Shown: one piece after another, positions 1 to 10,624 of the stretch
Layout: each line of letters begins with the position of its first letter
How positions within the stretch are numbered: position 1 is the first letter of the stretch
Notes under the pieces: model-generated
Seen by the model: the letters and a program-made list of their open reading frames with translations, nothing else
What the model was told of the DNA's origin: nothing
Databases searched by the model: none
From: Flectonema sp. DT1601
Lineage: Eukaryota
Length of the DNA: 64,000 bases
NCBI GenBank assembly: GCA_964019425.1
Contig: OZ025794.1
Span: 682,001 to 746,000, forward strand
Reading direction: 5' to 3'
Program-made: the position numbers and the translations under genes

Positions 1-41
1 TGTTAATAAATGTTCTTCAAAACTTAACTTATGGAAGACGG

Positions 42-1307
42 TTGGAAGCTGGGAAACCAGCCACTCAATTTAAAGTTGTTCAGAACACCCAGTCATTTCC
101 TCTTCAAGCGTTTAACTTCACGAGACCAGAAGGCTGGAAGATGAAACTCGACAGAGAGATGGTCGACTGCGTGACTGCTGGCACGCCAGCATCCTCAAAA
201 CAGCCAATTAATTCACTTCCATCTCCAGTTAGTTTCCCTATCCACGATTCATCATTATGGCATCCTTCTCGAAGAGATGAAGCAGCAGCTACAATCCAAC
301 GAGCTGTTCGCGATAAGCAAATCCCCACCCCAGCACGTTCGCAGTCTGCATCGCCGTCACCTAAGAGGCAGTCTGAAGGAGACCAGTTTCAATCTGTTAT
401 ATTAAAGAAATTAGAATCTATGGAGAGGGAAATCCAGGAGTTGAAAAAAGTTTCCCGTCAGGCTTCACCAGCTGCTGCTGATCACAAAACTAGAGAAATG
501 TCGCTGAGATCGTACGATGAAGTCAAAGCAATCCGACAGGAATTGGCATCAGAGGGATTGATAGCTCCGAGTAGCGCATGGAATGAAATGTTCTCTCCAA
601 CAAAGAGAGGACGTACTTCTAGAGAAGGAGCTATTCCTGGAAAGAAGAATGGAATTGATGGATACTTCGTACCGACATCCAGTCCGATTGCTAATTATCG
701 AGAATCTGAATATGACGACGATCTGCCTGGAGCAGCTCCTCGAACTGCAAGTCCGATGAGTGATACTCGATGTTGGAATTGCAGAAGGGATCTCACAGGT
801 GAGGATGTTCTCCCTCGTTGTTCTGGTTGTAGGGCAGCAGTTTACTGTGGAAGACAATGTCAAACTGTTCACTGGACTTATCATAAAACTGAATGTCAGC
901 AGTTGAATAGCGGAGGTGGGCTGCAGCAATCACCTCAACCTGCAGAGCGGAAGGGTTACTCACTCCAACCACAACAACAGCAAGTTTATATTGTTGACCA
1001 GCGTCACAATGGGGAAATTGCTCAACTAAGACCGACTGAGAAATCATCTCCCAGTAACATTCCTCCACCACCACCTGGACCTCCTCCTGCAGCATCTCAT
1101 ATGGCACCTGATCCTATTCGTGATGGAGTTCATAGTTATGAAACAATTAAACCAACTCCTAGACCTCAAGCTCCACCTGCTCCTTCAACAAAGGAACTCC
1201 CCAACTCCGTAGAACAATATGATCATTTATTTAATACTTACAGAGATTATTATACAGGTCTTATGAGTGGTTCTGATCCACTCCCACCACCAGATATTTA
1301 TTCATAA
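42..1307 (+). CDS. MYND zinc-finger protein with IQ-like motif and Pro/Gln-rich tail (probably 5'-partial)
   Basis: CWNC...RCSGCRAAVYCGRQCQTVHWTYHKTEC matches the MYND consensus; AAATIQRAVR is IQ-like. The ORF starts at TTG, so an upstream exon is likely. Confidence 0.75.
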   Translation: MEAGKPATQFKVVQNTQSFPLQAFNFTRPEGWKMKLDREMVDCVTAGTPASSKQPINSLPSPVSFPIHDSSLWHPSRRDEAAATIQRAVRDKQIPTPARSQSASPSPKRQSEGDQFQSVILKKLESMEREIQELKKVSRQASPAAADHKTREMSLRSYDEVKAIRQELASEGLIAPSSAWNEMFSPTKRGRTSREGAIPGKKNGIDGYFVPTSSPIANYRESEYDDDLPGAAPRTASPMSDTRCWNCRRDLTGEDVLPRCSGCRAAVYCGRQCQTVHWTYHKTECQQLNSGGGLQQSPQPAERKGYSLQPQQQQVYIVDQRHNGEIAQLRPTEKSSPSNIPPPPPGPPPAASHMAPDPIRDGVHSYETIKPTPRPQAPPAPSTKELPNSVEQYDHLFNTYRDYYTGLMSGSDPLPPPDIYS

Positions 1308-1660
1308 ATGATTCCAGAACGATGATTATTTTGTTATTGTTTCGAACCGACCTGCTTAGAGAGGCAGGAACCTCATGTCTGTTTCATTTGGCTCGCGTGG
1401 ATCTTTTGATTTGATCTTCGCTTTACTTATCAAATACACGAATTGCTGTACTCCCCTCTTCCCAGACTCCCTTTGTCTTTGTACCCGACTTATAGGATAA
1501 TTGTTCGTAAAGTAGAGTAGTAGTGGTCTTATAGTTTTATCAAATAATTACAGCCAACCTACACAATGAAATATATTATGAAGTAAACTGATTACAGTAA
1601 TCACGTTTGCCGTTTATCAATAAATATACTATCTCTACCAGTACACTACACAGCTGGACC

Positions 1661-2079
1661 ATGAGTGCGGGTGACGCTTTGGGTCCAAATTGTTATGGAA
1701 AAGGTCATGGTTGTATTAGGATAATGGACGTCCCTGCTCCGGGTATGTTAAATCATCTTTAGGGTCGACTCATCTTTTGAAGCCAAATTATAAATAACAA
1801 ACAGATTTGGGTGGCTTTCCTTTTCCTGGAAAAGAAGAAATGTCTGTGGGCGGTGGCGGCTTACCTGGCGGGAAGATTGGAGCCCTAAGCGGACCTCGCG
1901 GACCTCCAGTTAGCGCAGGCATTGGTGGTGGTAACGATAGAGATGTATGTACTCACTCTTATAAACCCGTTCAACAATGTGTTGACTTCATAAACACTTT
2001 ATAATTAAATAAACAGAATTGCTGGTTTTCTGGTGTCCGCGATCGATCCGCAGGATTCACAGGAGTGTACAACTGCTAA
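1661..2079 (+). CDS. Small Gly/Pro-rich protein (~94 aa), 3 exons: 1661-1742, 1805-1944, 2017-2079
   Basis: ATG at 1661. Two GTATGT...ACAG introns splice into one open frame ending in TAA at 2077-2079. Confidence 0.6.
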
Positions 2080-2387
2080 CGCAAACTCATCCCTCAGTTT
2101 GTTGTGGGACCTGTGTGAGGCAATATTAGGGTGGCGACAAAAACACGCAGGAAAAGGAACAAGAAAAGAAATATAACTTTTCTAAACAACTAAAAACACA
2201 TTTACAAAGAAGAGGTAAATCCTCGGCATGTTCGTATCGAATAATCGTTATTTTTTATTTATTTACCCTTCATTCAAGACGTTACAGTTCCAATATCGAA
2301 GAGCTACAGCGGGGGTTCAGCACCTTAGAAAGTACAACAATTGAAGTTGTCCTCGACATTCCCTTTTCAGGTTGAAAACAAGACAAC

Positions 2388-3167
2388 ATGTGCTGCAATG
2401 CACTTAGAGCAGAATTCTCACGTGAAAAAATATTCTTCCAACCGATTGATGATGAAAAAGATCTTTCAAGGCAATGCTGTGAAGGTGCATTTATGACAGG
2501 TGGAGCACACTTGATAACGAAGGGATTACTTTGTACTGCCATGTTAGCGACTGTAGTTGTATCTGTTACTGAATCCGTTGAAAACGGTGACGGAGATTTT
2601 TATATGATTTATTTAACTAATTGGGGAGCTTTGCTCTTAACATTATCACATGTTTTGGGTTTTTTTGTTGCACTTTTCAGAAGGGCATTGGAATCCCCCT
2701 GCGTTAGTTGGTTCACGACTGCAGCTACCTTCATAAGATCACTCGCAAACCCGATTGCATTCTTAATCACAATCGCATACTGGACCCTGATATATAAAGG
2801 TCAGGCTATTAGCGCTGCTAATTTTATGACTCACGGTTTAAATAGTGTTATTGTTTTGTGTGACATATTACTGTCAACTTACACTTCACGACTCTCTCAT
2901 CTTATTTGGGGTGTCTTATTTTCGGCTATTTACGTCTCATGGTCTGGTATCCACTACGCTGCTAACATTGGTAATAAAGATGGTCATCGTTATATTTATG
3001 ATTCTTTATCTTGGGCTCAAAATAAAGTAGTTAAATCTATTGCGTATGTTTCAGTAATTATGATAATAGTTTTACCTTCGTGTTATTTAATGTGCTTTGG
3101 TTTGACTAAACTGAGAGACTACTGCGCTCGCAGACGCTCTTTCAATGACTTGGACATTAAGGAGTAG
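2388..3167 (+). CDS. Multi-pass membrane protein, rolling stone / FAR-17a-AIG1-like
   Basis: IYLTNWG and HGLNS motifs, a YIY motif near the C-terminus, and about six hydrophobic helices. Confidence 0.7.
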   Translation: MCCNALRAEFSREKIFFQPIDDEKDLSRQCCEGAFMTGGAHLITKGLLCTAMLATVVVSVTESVENGDGDFYMIYLTNWGALLLTLSHVLGFFVALFRRALESPCVSWFTTAATFIRSLANPIAFLITIAYWTLIYKGQAISAANFMTHGLNSVIVLCDILLSTYTSRLSHLIWGVLFSAIYVSWSGIHYAANIGNKDGHRYIYDSLSWAQNKVVKSIAYVSVIMIIVLPSCYLMCFGLTKLRDYCARRRSFNDLDIKE

Positions 3168-3472
3168 CTCTTTGTAAGCCATTGATCCGAAAATATGTTT
3201 TTTTTTCTCTTTCCCACCTTTTTGTTTGATTTCAATAATACGAATGTTTTGTGTTTTTTCCAAATTCCAATTCAAAAAAAAAAAAAAAAAAAAAAAAGGA
3301 GAGAGGAAGAATTGAGTAATCAGACAAAATGACTCTTATTCCTGGGATTTATAATGAGCGTCAGCCTGATTAAAATCAGGCCAACGCTCTATATCTTTTA
3401 TCTATTTTGTGAGTCTGGGAGATGTGCGACTCATCTATAATTTAATAATTTATTTCACAGTATTCTTTTGTT

Positions 3473-4912
3473 ATGAGATGCACGAGCCCAATCAATTGTA
3501 CGATAAAACGAAGGCGATGTGACGGCAATGTTAACATTGAGTGGAATGTATTCACGACAATCGTTCTGTCGTTCCTTACCGTTCCAGAAATAGCAAGACT
3601 GAGAGGAGTTCATTCAATGTGGAAAATGAAAGTAAATACAGCCATTCGAAGTGTAAAACTAGAAGGGGGTCTAAACTGTTCATTTCTTAACGCGTTAGGA
3701 ATAACTCACTTGGATTGCTCAAATGTATCAGCGACTGACATTTGTTGTAAGGGAATTCTTGAAGTCTTAGGTCGACAGAAGAAGGGAGTTAAAAGTATAA
3801 CAGCAGTCTCTCTGGATTGCGTCCCACAAGACTTTCCATTGGAATCGCTGCAACTGACGAGAGTTCCAAGGCAGAGAGTTTCCAGAGGAATCTCTTCAAC
3901 TGTTAAAAAGCTCTCTTTACAACTTCCACCTCATCAATTACTGGATGGCGAAATTCCATGTAGCAATTGGCTTTCAACATGTACCAGCTGTTTGACCAAT
4001 TTGGAGGAGTTCTCAGTTGGTTCTGAGTGTGGAACTCTCTGCTATTCTGTTATCAGAACTCTTAATGAGCATTCTGCTACCCTCAAAAATCTGTCTCTCC
4101 GATTTCCTGGTTGTACTTCTCCGAGTATTAATCAACATGAAGTCAATTATCTTCCAAATTTAACAACTTTGTGCATATCAGTTTCTATCTGTCCACCTAT
4201 GAAAAGTCTTTCTTCGTTGTTGGGGAGGTGTCCAAGATTGCGAAAGGCGACGTTACTTTTTCCAGGTCCTGGAAGACTAGAAGAACAATCCACAGGTGCG
4301 AGCAATATGCCAACCAGCAGTTCGATTGAAGAATTGATTGTTGAGCTTCCTGTCGGATCTCATCGGATTTGGGAAGGTTTCACAAGTTTAAAAAACTTGA
4401 AAATCGAAGGAGGATATGACCTGACGACAGGTGGTATTCCTGTCCCGAATAAATCATTACAGCGATTAGAAGTGACTGTGAATAATCAAAAGCAGTGGGA
4501 TACTGTCTGGGAATATGTGTCACTCGCGTGTCCTACTGCGACACATGTTGTTATTCATTTGGTTGGTGTAGTGATGCTTGATGAGAGTTGGGTGGATGCC
4601 TTATCTCCTTCATTAAAGTTGTTGGAAGTACATGTAGCGAGATTATTTCCTGAAAAGTGTTACTCGTGTTGGACTCATATCCTTCGCACTCTTGAGCTCA
4701 TTATAGAACCGTCACTTTACTTCCCACAGTGTATTCGAGGTGATGGGACAACGACGACGTATTTCAATGGCTCTGCTCGTCTCACAATCCGTCCCCCAAC
4801 TCTTCCAAAGTGTCACATCGATATCGTCTCTGCCACCGTAACTCCACCAGTTCACTTTCTGCCGGAAGGTTCTGATCTCAAGAGTAAGTTTACTGAAATA
4901 GCCACCTGCTGA
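3473..4912 (+). CDS. F-box-like / leucine-rich-repeat protein
   Basis: N-terminal IVLSFLTVPEIARLRGVHSMW is F-box-like, followed by LxxLxL repeats. Confidence 0.6.
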   Translation: MRCTSPINCTIKRRRCDGNVNIEWNVFTTIVLSFLTVPEIARLRGVHSMWKMKVNTAIRSVKLEGGLNCSFLNALGITHLDCSNVSATDICCKGILEVLGRQKKGVKSITAVSLDCVPQDFPLESLQLTRVPRQRVSRGISSTVKKLSLQLPPHQLLDGEIPCSNWLSTCTSCLTNLEEFSVGSECGTLCYSVIRTLNEHSATLKNLSLRFPGCTSPSINQHEVNYLPNLTTLCISVSICPPMKSLSSLLGRCPRLRKATLLFPGPGRLEEQSTGASNMPTSSSIEELIVELPVGSHRIWEGFTSLKNLKIEGGYDLTTGGIPVPNKSLQRLEVTVNNQKQWDTVWEYVSLACPTATHVVIHLVGVVMLDESWVDALSPSLKLLEVHVARLFPEKCYSCWTHILRTLELIIEPSLYFPQCIRGDGTTTTYFNGSARLTIRPPTLPKCHIDIVSATVTPPVHFLPEGSDLKSKFTEIATC

Positions 4913-6382
4913 GGTCTCCTTCACAGTGCAGATGTGATACCACATCTGTGCCATACAGTTAGAGTCTTGTGTTAGATTTAATAATTCAGATCTGTTCGTG
5001 TGATCATTCAACACACTTGTTATTGTTTGTTGAAACACGAGAGACCTGAATGGTTCAGCAGTTAGCGAGAAAAGTCATCCAGGAGGTGGAGATGATGATG
5101 TCGCTAACGGAAACTGTTTTTAATTGTGTAAAGCCGTTCTGTTCTTTTTTTCTTTTTCCTCCTTTCTTTTTTTTTGTTCTAAAATATTGTCCCCTGCTCC
5201 CGGAATGCATTTGTTTTTTATTTTTGTTTTGCATAACACAGCAATTTCCAAAAAAAGAAATTGCTTATTGAGACAAGACATCACCTGGTGTCTCTCTGTG
5301 TGCTATTCGTCTATTAGGGTGCTGTGTTTGCAAATTTTCATTGTGGTTCCCCTTTCACACTTGTGTTGTGTTATATTGTTTTTGTGTTGTGCTGTGTTGT
5401 ACTGTTATCAATTAAAAGACCTCATATCGATTTTAATTACAATAAAATTCAGACGAGGTCTTGCTCTCCAGTTCAGCAGTGTGTTGAAATATTTCCTCGC
5501 AGCAAGATGCCTTATGGAGTGAGACCTCATTGGTTGGTCACAGTTGGTTACAATGATCGTTCTGTTTGTTGAGTTTTTCGTTTTGTTATTTTATTTCTGT
5601 TTCTCTTATCTAAAAGTGACTTGAAATCTATTTATTACTTACTTCTTAAATAGTTCTCTCTGTGTGAAAGTTCGTAAAAAGGAGACAAGTGCGACATCAG
5701 TTGCAGATCTGACTCTGACATTAGATTCGTTTTTTCTTAAAACCATAAAAAATAGCAAACTTGATTTCTATTAAACTGTTTGCCATTCTACCTCCTGCTG
5801 TATAAAACTAAACCATTTTTATGTCGCAATTTTTACTCACCCCAAAAGGGATGATTTTAGATTGTGTTTCTTGCTCAATATAAATTTTATATTTGTCGAA
5901 GTTTTCTTTTTGTGATGTTTCCTTGCTGCCTCAACAGCAGCAAAGAGTTAAAGCAGCCTTAGGCGCTTGCATTTCTGAACTCGTTCAAAAAACAAAATGG
6001 TTTCAAAGCTAAATAGTTCTCACTGCATTCAATTTCTGACGGGTGAACTTTATTTCTCTTTTCTATTTCTCTTCGTTGGTTGTTCGAAGGAACGGATTTG
6101 TTATCGATTTCATTCTCAACTTGAATTCAACAACAGACATGAAGAGTTTTCTTAAAAAGGAAGGAAGGAAAAAATGGCATTTATAAGAAAGAAATCCTTA
6201 GCTAGAATGATCTGTACAGCAAAAGGAACCCTCGTAAACCTGCGAAAAGATTTGGAAGGGGCCGTGCAGTTTTTTGACAGCAAAATCTACTTTGTGTTTA
6301 GCATTATTATTTTGACTTCACCCCCACAACCACACAGGTGATCACATTAAAAATTCCATTTCTTCAACAAGCCGAAGGTGGG

Positions 6383-7312
6383 ATGGTAGCATCAAAAGAC
6401 CGCACAAATGAATTGCATCAGATATTTGAGGATTTGAAGGCAACGGATACTTCGGGAGGAGCTATTTCAGCAACTCCTACAAAACAAGTATCTCAGTTTC
6501 ACACAGCAGCTCAAGAAGTATCCAAGCAGTTGTTGGGAACTAGTTACTTGTTGGACAACTTAACCAAACTAATCAGTCAGCGCAATGTCTTCGATGACCA
6601 CTCTCACGATGTAAATCAGGCGACAATAGTGATTAAAGAGAAAATTCAGAATTTAAAAACTCAAATGGGTCTGTTACAACAAATCAAAGACCAGGGACAC
6701 GGTAGTTGGTCTTCTGCGACACAAGCCTCGGAACACAACAACAGAATAGTTAAAAACTTACGAAGCCACTTGGTGACAACAACAAATAACTTTAAAGAAA
6801 TTCTCACAAGTCGCTCTAAGAAGTTGAGTCAGGTGACAAACAGACGTTCGGCCTTTACTCATGAGGGTACTGCTGCCTTCGGGTCATCACTATTCCGCAA
6901 TGCAGAAGAAGAAGGTGACCCAATGATGGGACAGCAAATGGTTCAGCGAGGAGGTGATGTTTCGTACTACAGAAGGAGACAAGAAGGTGTTAAAATGATC
7001 GAAAAAACCGTTGCGGAACTTGGAGACATGTTCGCAGAATTCAACCGTATCGTTGCTGAGCAGGAGGAGATGGTATTTTATTTTTATTATTATTATTTGT
7101 GCTTTTCTTTCAATGTAATCTGTAATACAAATCACAAACAGGTATTACGAATCGATACCAATACCGAAGATGCCTTAAACAGTGTCGTGGCTGCCCAAGG
7201 ACAGCTGATGACTCACTTAATGAACATTAGTGGCAATAGAGGATTAATGATGAAAATATTTGGTGTTTTATTCGCCTTTGTATTGTTTTTTGGATTATTT
7301 GTTGTGAATTAA
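6383..7312 (+). CDS. STX5: Syntaxin-5 / Sed5 Qa-SNARE (intron 7073-7141)
   Basis: N-terminal KDRTNE motif, SNARE motif IEKTVAELGDMF...EQEEMVLRIDTN, and a C-terminal TM helix. A 69-nt GT-AG intron is read through in the ORF track. Confidence 0.9.
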   Translation: MVASKDRTNELHQIFEDLKATDTSGGAISATPTKQVSQFHTAAQEVSKQLLGTSYLLDNLTKLISQRNVFDDHSHDVNQATIVIKEKIQNLKTQMGLLQQIKDQGHGSWSSATQASEHNNRIVKNLRSHLVTTTNNFKEILTSRSKKLSQVTNRRSAFTHEGTAAFGSSLFRNAEEEGDPMMGQQMVQRGGDVSYYRRRQEGVKMIEKTVAELGDMFAEFNRIVAEQEEMVFYFYYYYLCFSFNVICNTNHKQVLRIDTNTEDALNSVVAAQGQLMTHLMNISGNRGLMMKIFGVLFAFVLFFGLFVVN

Positions 7313-7902
7313 TAAAATTTGACAAGAACGGGGAAAAAAAAAAAAAAAAAAAGAAAGGAAAACTCATTTCAGTTCTGTTCACCACAATACACTCAGTAGG
7401 AACGACACCGGCTTTGTAGTTCCTTAACAGCCGCGACAGGTAATTCAAAAGGTTTAGTAACTCGTTAATTACTTCGTTTCTTACGCGAAAGCATCGAGAA
7501 TTATCCTTCTTCCTGACTACCGCTAGTTGCACCAATTGCCGTACTCCGTTCTGCCTTCGTATCCGTTTCTATCCAACAAATTGAGAACACTAAGTGTATC
7601 GCAGTGTTACCGACAGGGAGTTAAGTTTCTCCTTTTTTTTACAAAAAGAAATTTAAGACAAAATTACTTTCTTCTACAGGTTTCTTACTCACCATTCTTC
7701 CATATTTTATTTTTGAATTGTAACATAGATGGAACGCTTTTAAAAAAAATATTATTTCGGAGGGCGCTTTTGTTTACCTTTTTTATTACTATAAGACAGC
7801 TAAATTGACAGGGACTTACACTGTTGCACACGTATTTTGACGCAGAAGCCAAAAATTTTTTTTTTTTGAAATGCTTGGCAGTCTTTCGAAAAAGAAAAAA
7901 AA

Positions 7903-7936
7903 GGGTGTCACGGGGTTCGAACCCGAGACCTCCAGG
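7903..7936 (-). pseudogene. 3' half of a tRNA gene (variable loop, T-arm, acceptor strand) followed by a T-run
   Basis: Minus strand reads cctggaggtctcgggTTCGAACcccgtgacaccc then ttttttt. No D-arm or 5' half is recognisable. Confidence 0.5.
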
Positions 7937-8413
7937 TCATGGTTCGGCGGTCAACAATGGCAAAAACGATGGGCCACTACTTGAGAGCTTCCGGAGCCTG
8001 CTGCAATCCCTGAAGCTGAAACTCATTTCAGTGGACGATGCATCCCAGATCTACAAGGAGCTGATTAGCCCGCAGAATACACCGAGTTGAATATAGAGGG
8101 ATTCGAGGAGGGAGAGTGCGTTCTTGCTAACCTGTTAATAGGCTGGTCTTCACAGAGAAAAAAAAGAAGTTTACTGGTGGCAAGTAAACTGATATCCCAG
8201 AGACGCATTTGATCGGGCGAACCGGAGAAAAGTCAAATAAGATGCGATTCGACCCTCGCTGAGGGCAGGGGTGTATCAAAATGAGCTCGGCATTATATTA
8301 AATTTAATTAAAAAAGCGCCCTACGCGGCCTCCAGCGCCCTATTTTGGCCCTACAAATTTTTGTGGCTGATTTTCACCAGGCGCCCTCCAAATTTGGAGG
8401 GCACTTCCATCTA
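7937..8413 (+). mobile_element. Degenerate DNA-transposon end (hAT-like remnant)
   Basis: Stop-interrupted frame ...ISPQNTPS*I*RGF resembles the hAT dimerisation motif (S..ER.FS). Repeated gcgccct motifs and a 20-bp palindrome gccctccaaatttggagggc (8383-8402) lie near the end. Confidence 0.35.
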
Positions 8414-8461
8414 TGTTGTAATATCGAATATCTTTTTTATGTGACTCAGGTTGTAACACAA

Positions 8462-9580
8462 ATGGAAATGCAAAGCATTACATCCGGCCTTAGTCTTAAC
8501 GAGGAGGAGTTTGCAGATGCAGAGGAAGTGTTATTATCTCCTGTTGCCGTGTCAAATACGAATCTCAGATACGATCCCTGCGGAGGATGTAACTCCGAAG
8601 TAGTTAAATGGCTGCAAGGAAAAGATGAAGGAATGACAGCAGGTGATCACATCCATACAGATAATTCAATAAGTCATCATGGAGTGTACCTCGGTAATGG
8701 TATGGTTGCTCACTATTGCTCTGGTGGCAGAGACAGTGCCACGAAAAAGATTGCATCCTCGACATCAGCTCCTCACTGTGACATGGCTGTCAGAATTACC
8801 TGTTTGCACTCCTTCGTTTCGTCTGGTATCAACATAAAAAAAGTTGAATACAATGACGAGGGCTTTTTTGAGAAAAGTTGCGTGGCGCGCATTGCTGTCC
8901 AAGCAGTTGGTGAAGAGGGGTTTTCGCTGATGTGGAATAACTGCGAGCACTTTTCTCGTTACTGTACCACAGGGAACAGGGAAAGCATGCAGATTAAATT
9001 TATCAAAAATACCAGCCAATCGGGACTTGCAGCGACTGCAGGGGCGGCTGGGGGCGGTGCTATTGTTTCTGCAACCTGTACAACTACAGCCCCAACTGTT
9101 GCAGGAAGCCAATATTTAGGAGGAGTAGCACAAAGTATAATGAGTCATACTACACTTGGAGGTATCCTCAGCTCTGGTGGTCTTGCAACTGGTACTTCAA
9201 TCATACCTGCTGGTATTGCTATTTTTTCAGCCGGACTTGTAGGCGGAGCCATAGTTGGAGCTGCTTCATTCTTTGCCGGATCTCATTTATCATCGTCTCG
9301 TGTCAGCATTTTTACTGCTGTTCATTTCTTTTGGGATTCTGATACTGACATCCCACCTGATCCTCTGAAAGAGGGATTGCCTGTTTATGGTCCAAACACC
9401 TTCAATGTTTCCGCTCTTGATCGTCCTGCGCTTGTGTCAGACGTACTTGAATTAAAGGCGACGGAGTCTGCATTACTGTGGTGTGGTGATAAAGAAAAAT
9501 ACATTCCTGTTGATAATGGTGACCCCTTGGGTGAACCTCGTCCGTTAACATTCATTATTGTTAGGCATACTGAGTACTGA
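8462..9580 (+). CDS. LRAT / permuted NlpC-P60 domain protein
   Basis: HHGVYLGNGMVAHY and FSLMWNNCEHF are LRAT family motifs; a Gly/Ala-rich hydrophobic region follows. Confidence 0.85.
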   Translation: MEMQSITSGLSLNEEEFADAEEVLLSPVAVSNTNLRYDPCGGCNSEVVKWLQGKDEGMTAGDHIHTDNSISHHGVYLGNGMVAHYCSGGRDSATKKIASSTSAPHCDMAVRITCLHSFVSSGINIKKVEYNDEGFFEKSCVARIAVQAVGEEGFSLMWNNCEHFSRYCTTGNRESMQIKFIKNTSQSGLAATAGAAGGGAIVSATCTTTAPTVAGSQYLGGVAQSIMSHTTLGGILSSGGLATGTSIIPAGIAIFSAGLVGGAIVGAASFFAGSHLSSSRVSIFTAVHFFWDSDTDIPPDPLKEGLPVYGPNTFNVSALDRPALVSDVLELKATESALLWCGDKEKYIPVDNGDPLGEPRPLTFIIVRHTEY

Positions 9581-9827
9581 GTACCGAGTTGTGTTTGTTT
9601 CTTACATCATTCGATGTATATTTCCTACGACTTGCCCTATCTTGTGAATTAAGAGATTTGCCTTTCAATTACTTTTCTATCCCTTACACAATGTTTTTTA
9701 TTAAAAATCGCCTTTCAAACTGTCGCGTTGGTTATCGTGGCACTATCCTTCAATATTCGGTCACTGTAATGTTTTTTAGATTCAAACTTGCTTTGTTGTT
9801 AACAGTTTACCTTACACAAAACTAAAA

Positions 9828-10099
9828 ATGAACACTTTGGCGGCAATTGGGCAGGCTTTCGGGATACTCGCTACACCTGAACCTCCTCCACCACCACCTC
9901 CAAGAAATGCAGTTGATGGTATTGATAACAGTAAGTCAGCATCCATGGTGAAGATCCATCGTCCTGTTGGACACGGAATGAACTACAGGTATCACGACAA
10001 CGATGTATGTGAACTTTTTATTTACCCGTTCGTTTCTAATATTGAAATACATGAATAAAATAGGATGGAATGCTGCTAGTTGGAGTACTGAAGCATTAG
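9828..10099 (+). CDS. Short Pro-rich hypothetical protein or gene relic (probable intron 10005-10063)
   Basis: ATG at 9828 and a GTATGT...TAG intron. The spliced frame stops after about 70 aa. Confidence 0.3.
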
Positions 10100-10535
10100 C
10101 TGAATTGAGGGAAAGTGTTTTCTTATATTTGGTTATAGTGATTTACACGACACTTTTGAAATTTATTTTTCATTTCTGGTAGTTACAGCCAAGTGGCTTC
10201 TCGCAATCCGTCGCTGCTTTTTTTGCTCAGTGAAAAATATAGATATCTTTACATTTCATCCTATTTCTTCAAAACAGGAAACTCACTTGTAATAATGTAA
10301 TGTGGTCTTTTGTACATGAAATCCAGGTGTTTGAGTTTGTTTCTTCTCAACATTTTTTACCTTGAGGGCCTGCATCAGTTGCGGAGATTGTAATTTAAAA
10401 GTACACTAAAATATGATACAGTGACTAACTAAGACGGCCTTGTTCAAGTCTTGGTGATCCTCCTTCACTATGTTGAACTCTTCAAGTTCGTCACAGTATT
10501 GTTTCATAGCACTGCTCAAGAATTTTGCAAAGCAG

Positions 10536-10602
10536 CTCCTGTTCAGCCTATTAAGTACATCAGATGCTTTGCAACTGATGTACTTAATAGGCTGAACAGG
10601 AG
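10536..10602. repeat. Perfect 28-bp fold-back hairpin with an 11-nt loop
   Basis: ctcctgttcagcctattaagtacatcag (10536-10563) and its exact reverse complement (10575-10602). Confidence 0.95.
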
Positions 10603-10624
10603 GCCGTCGAAGCTGATCAAACTC

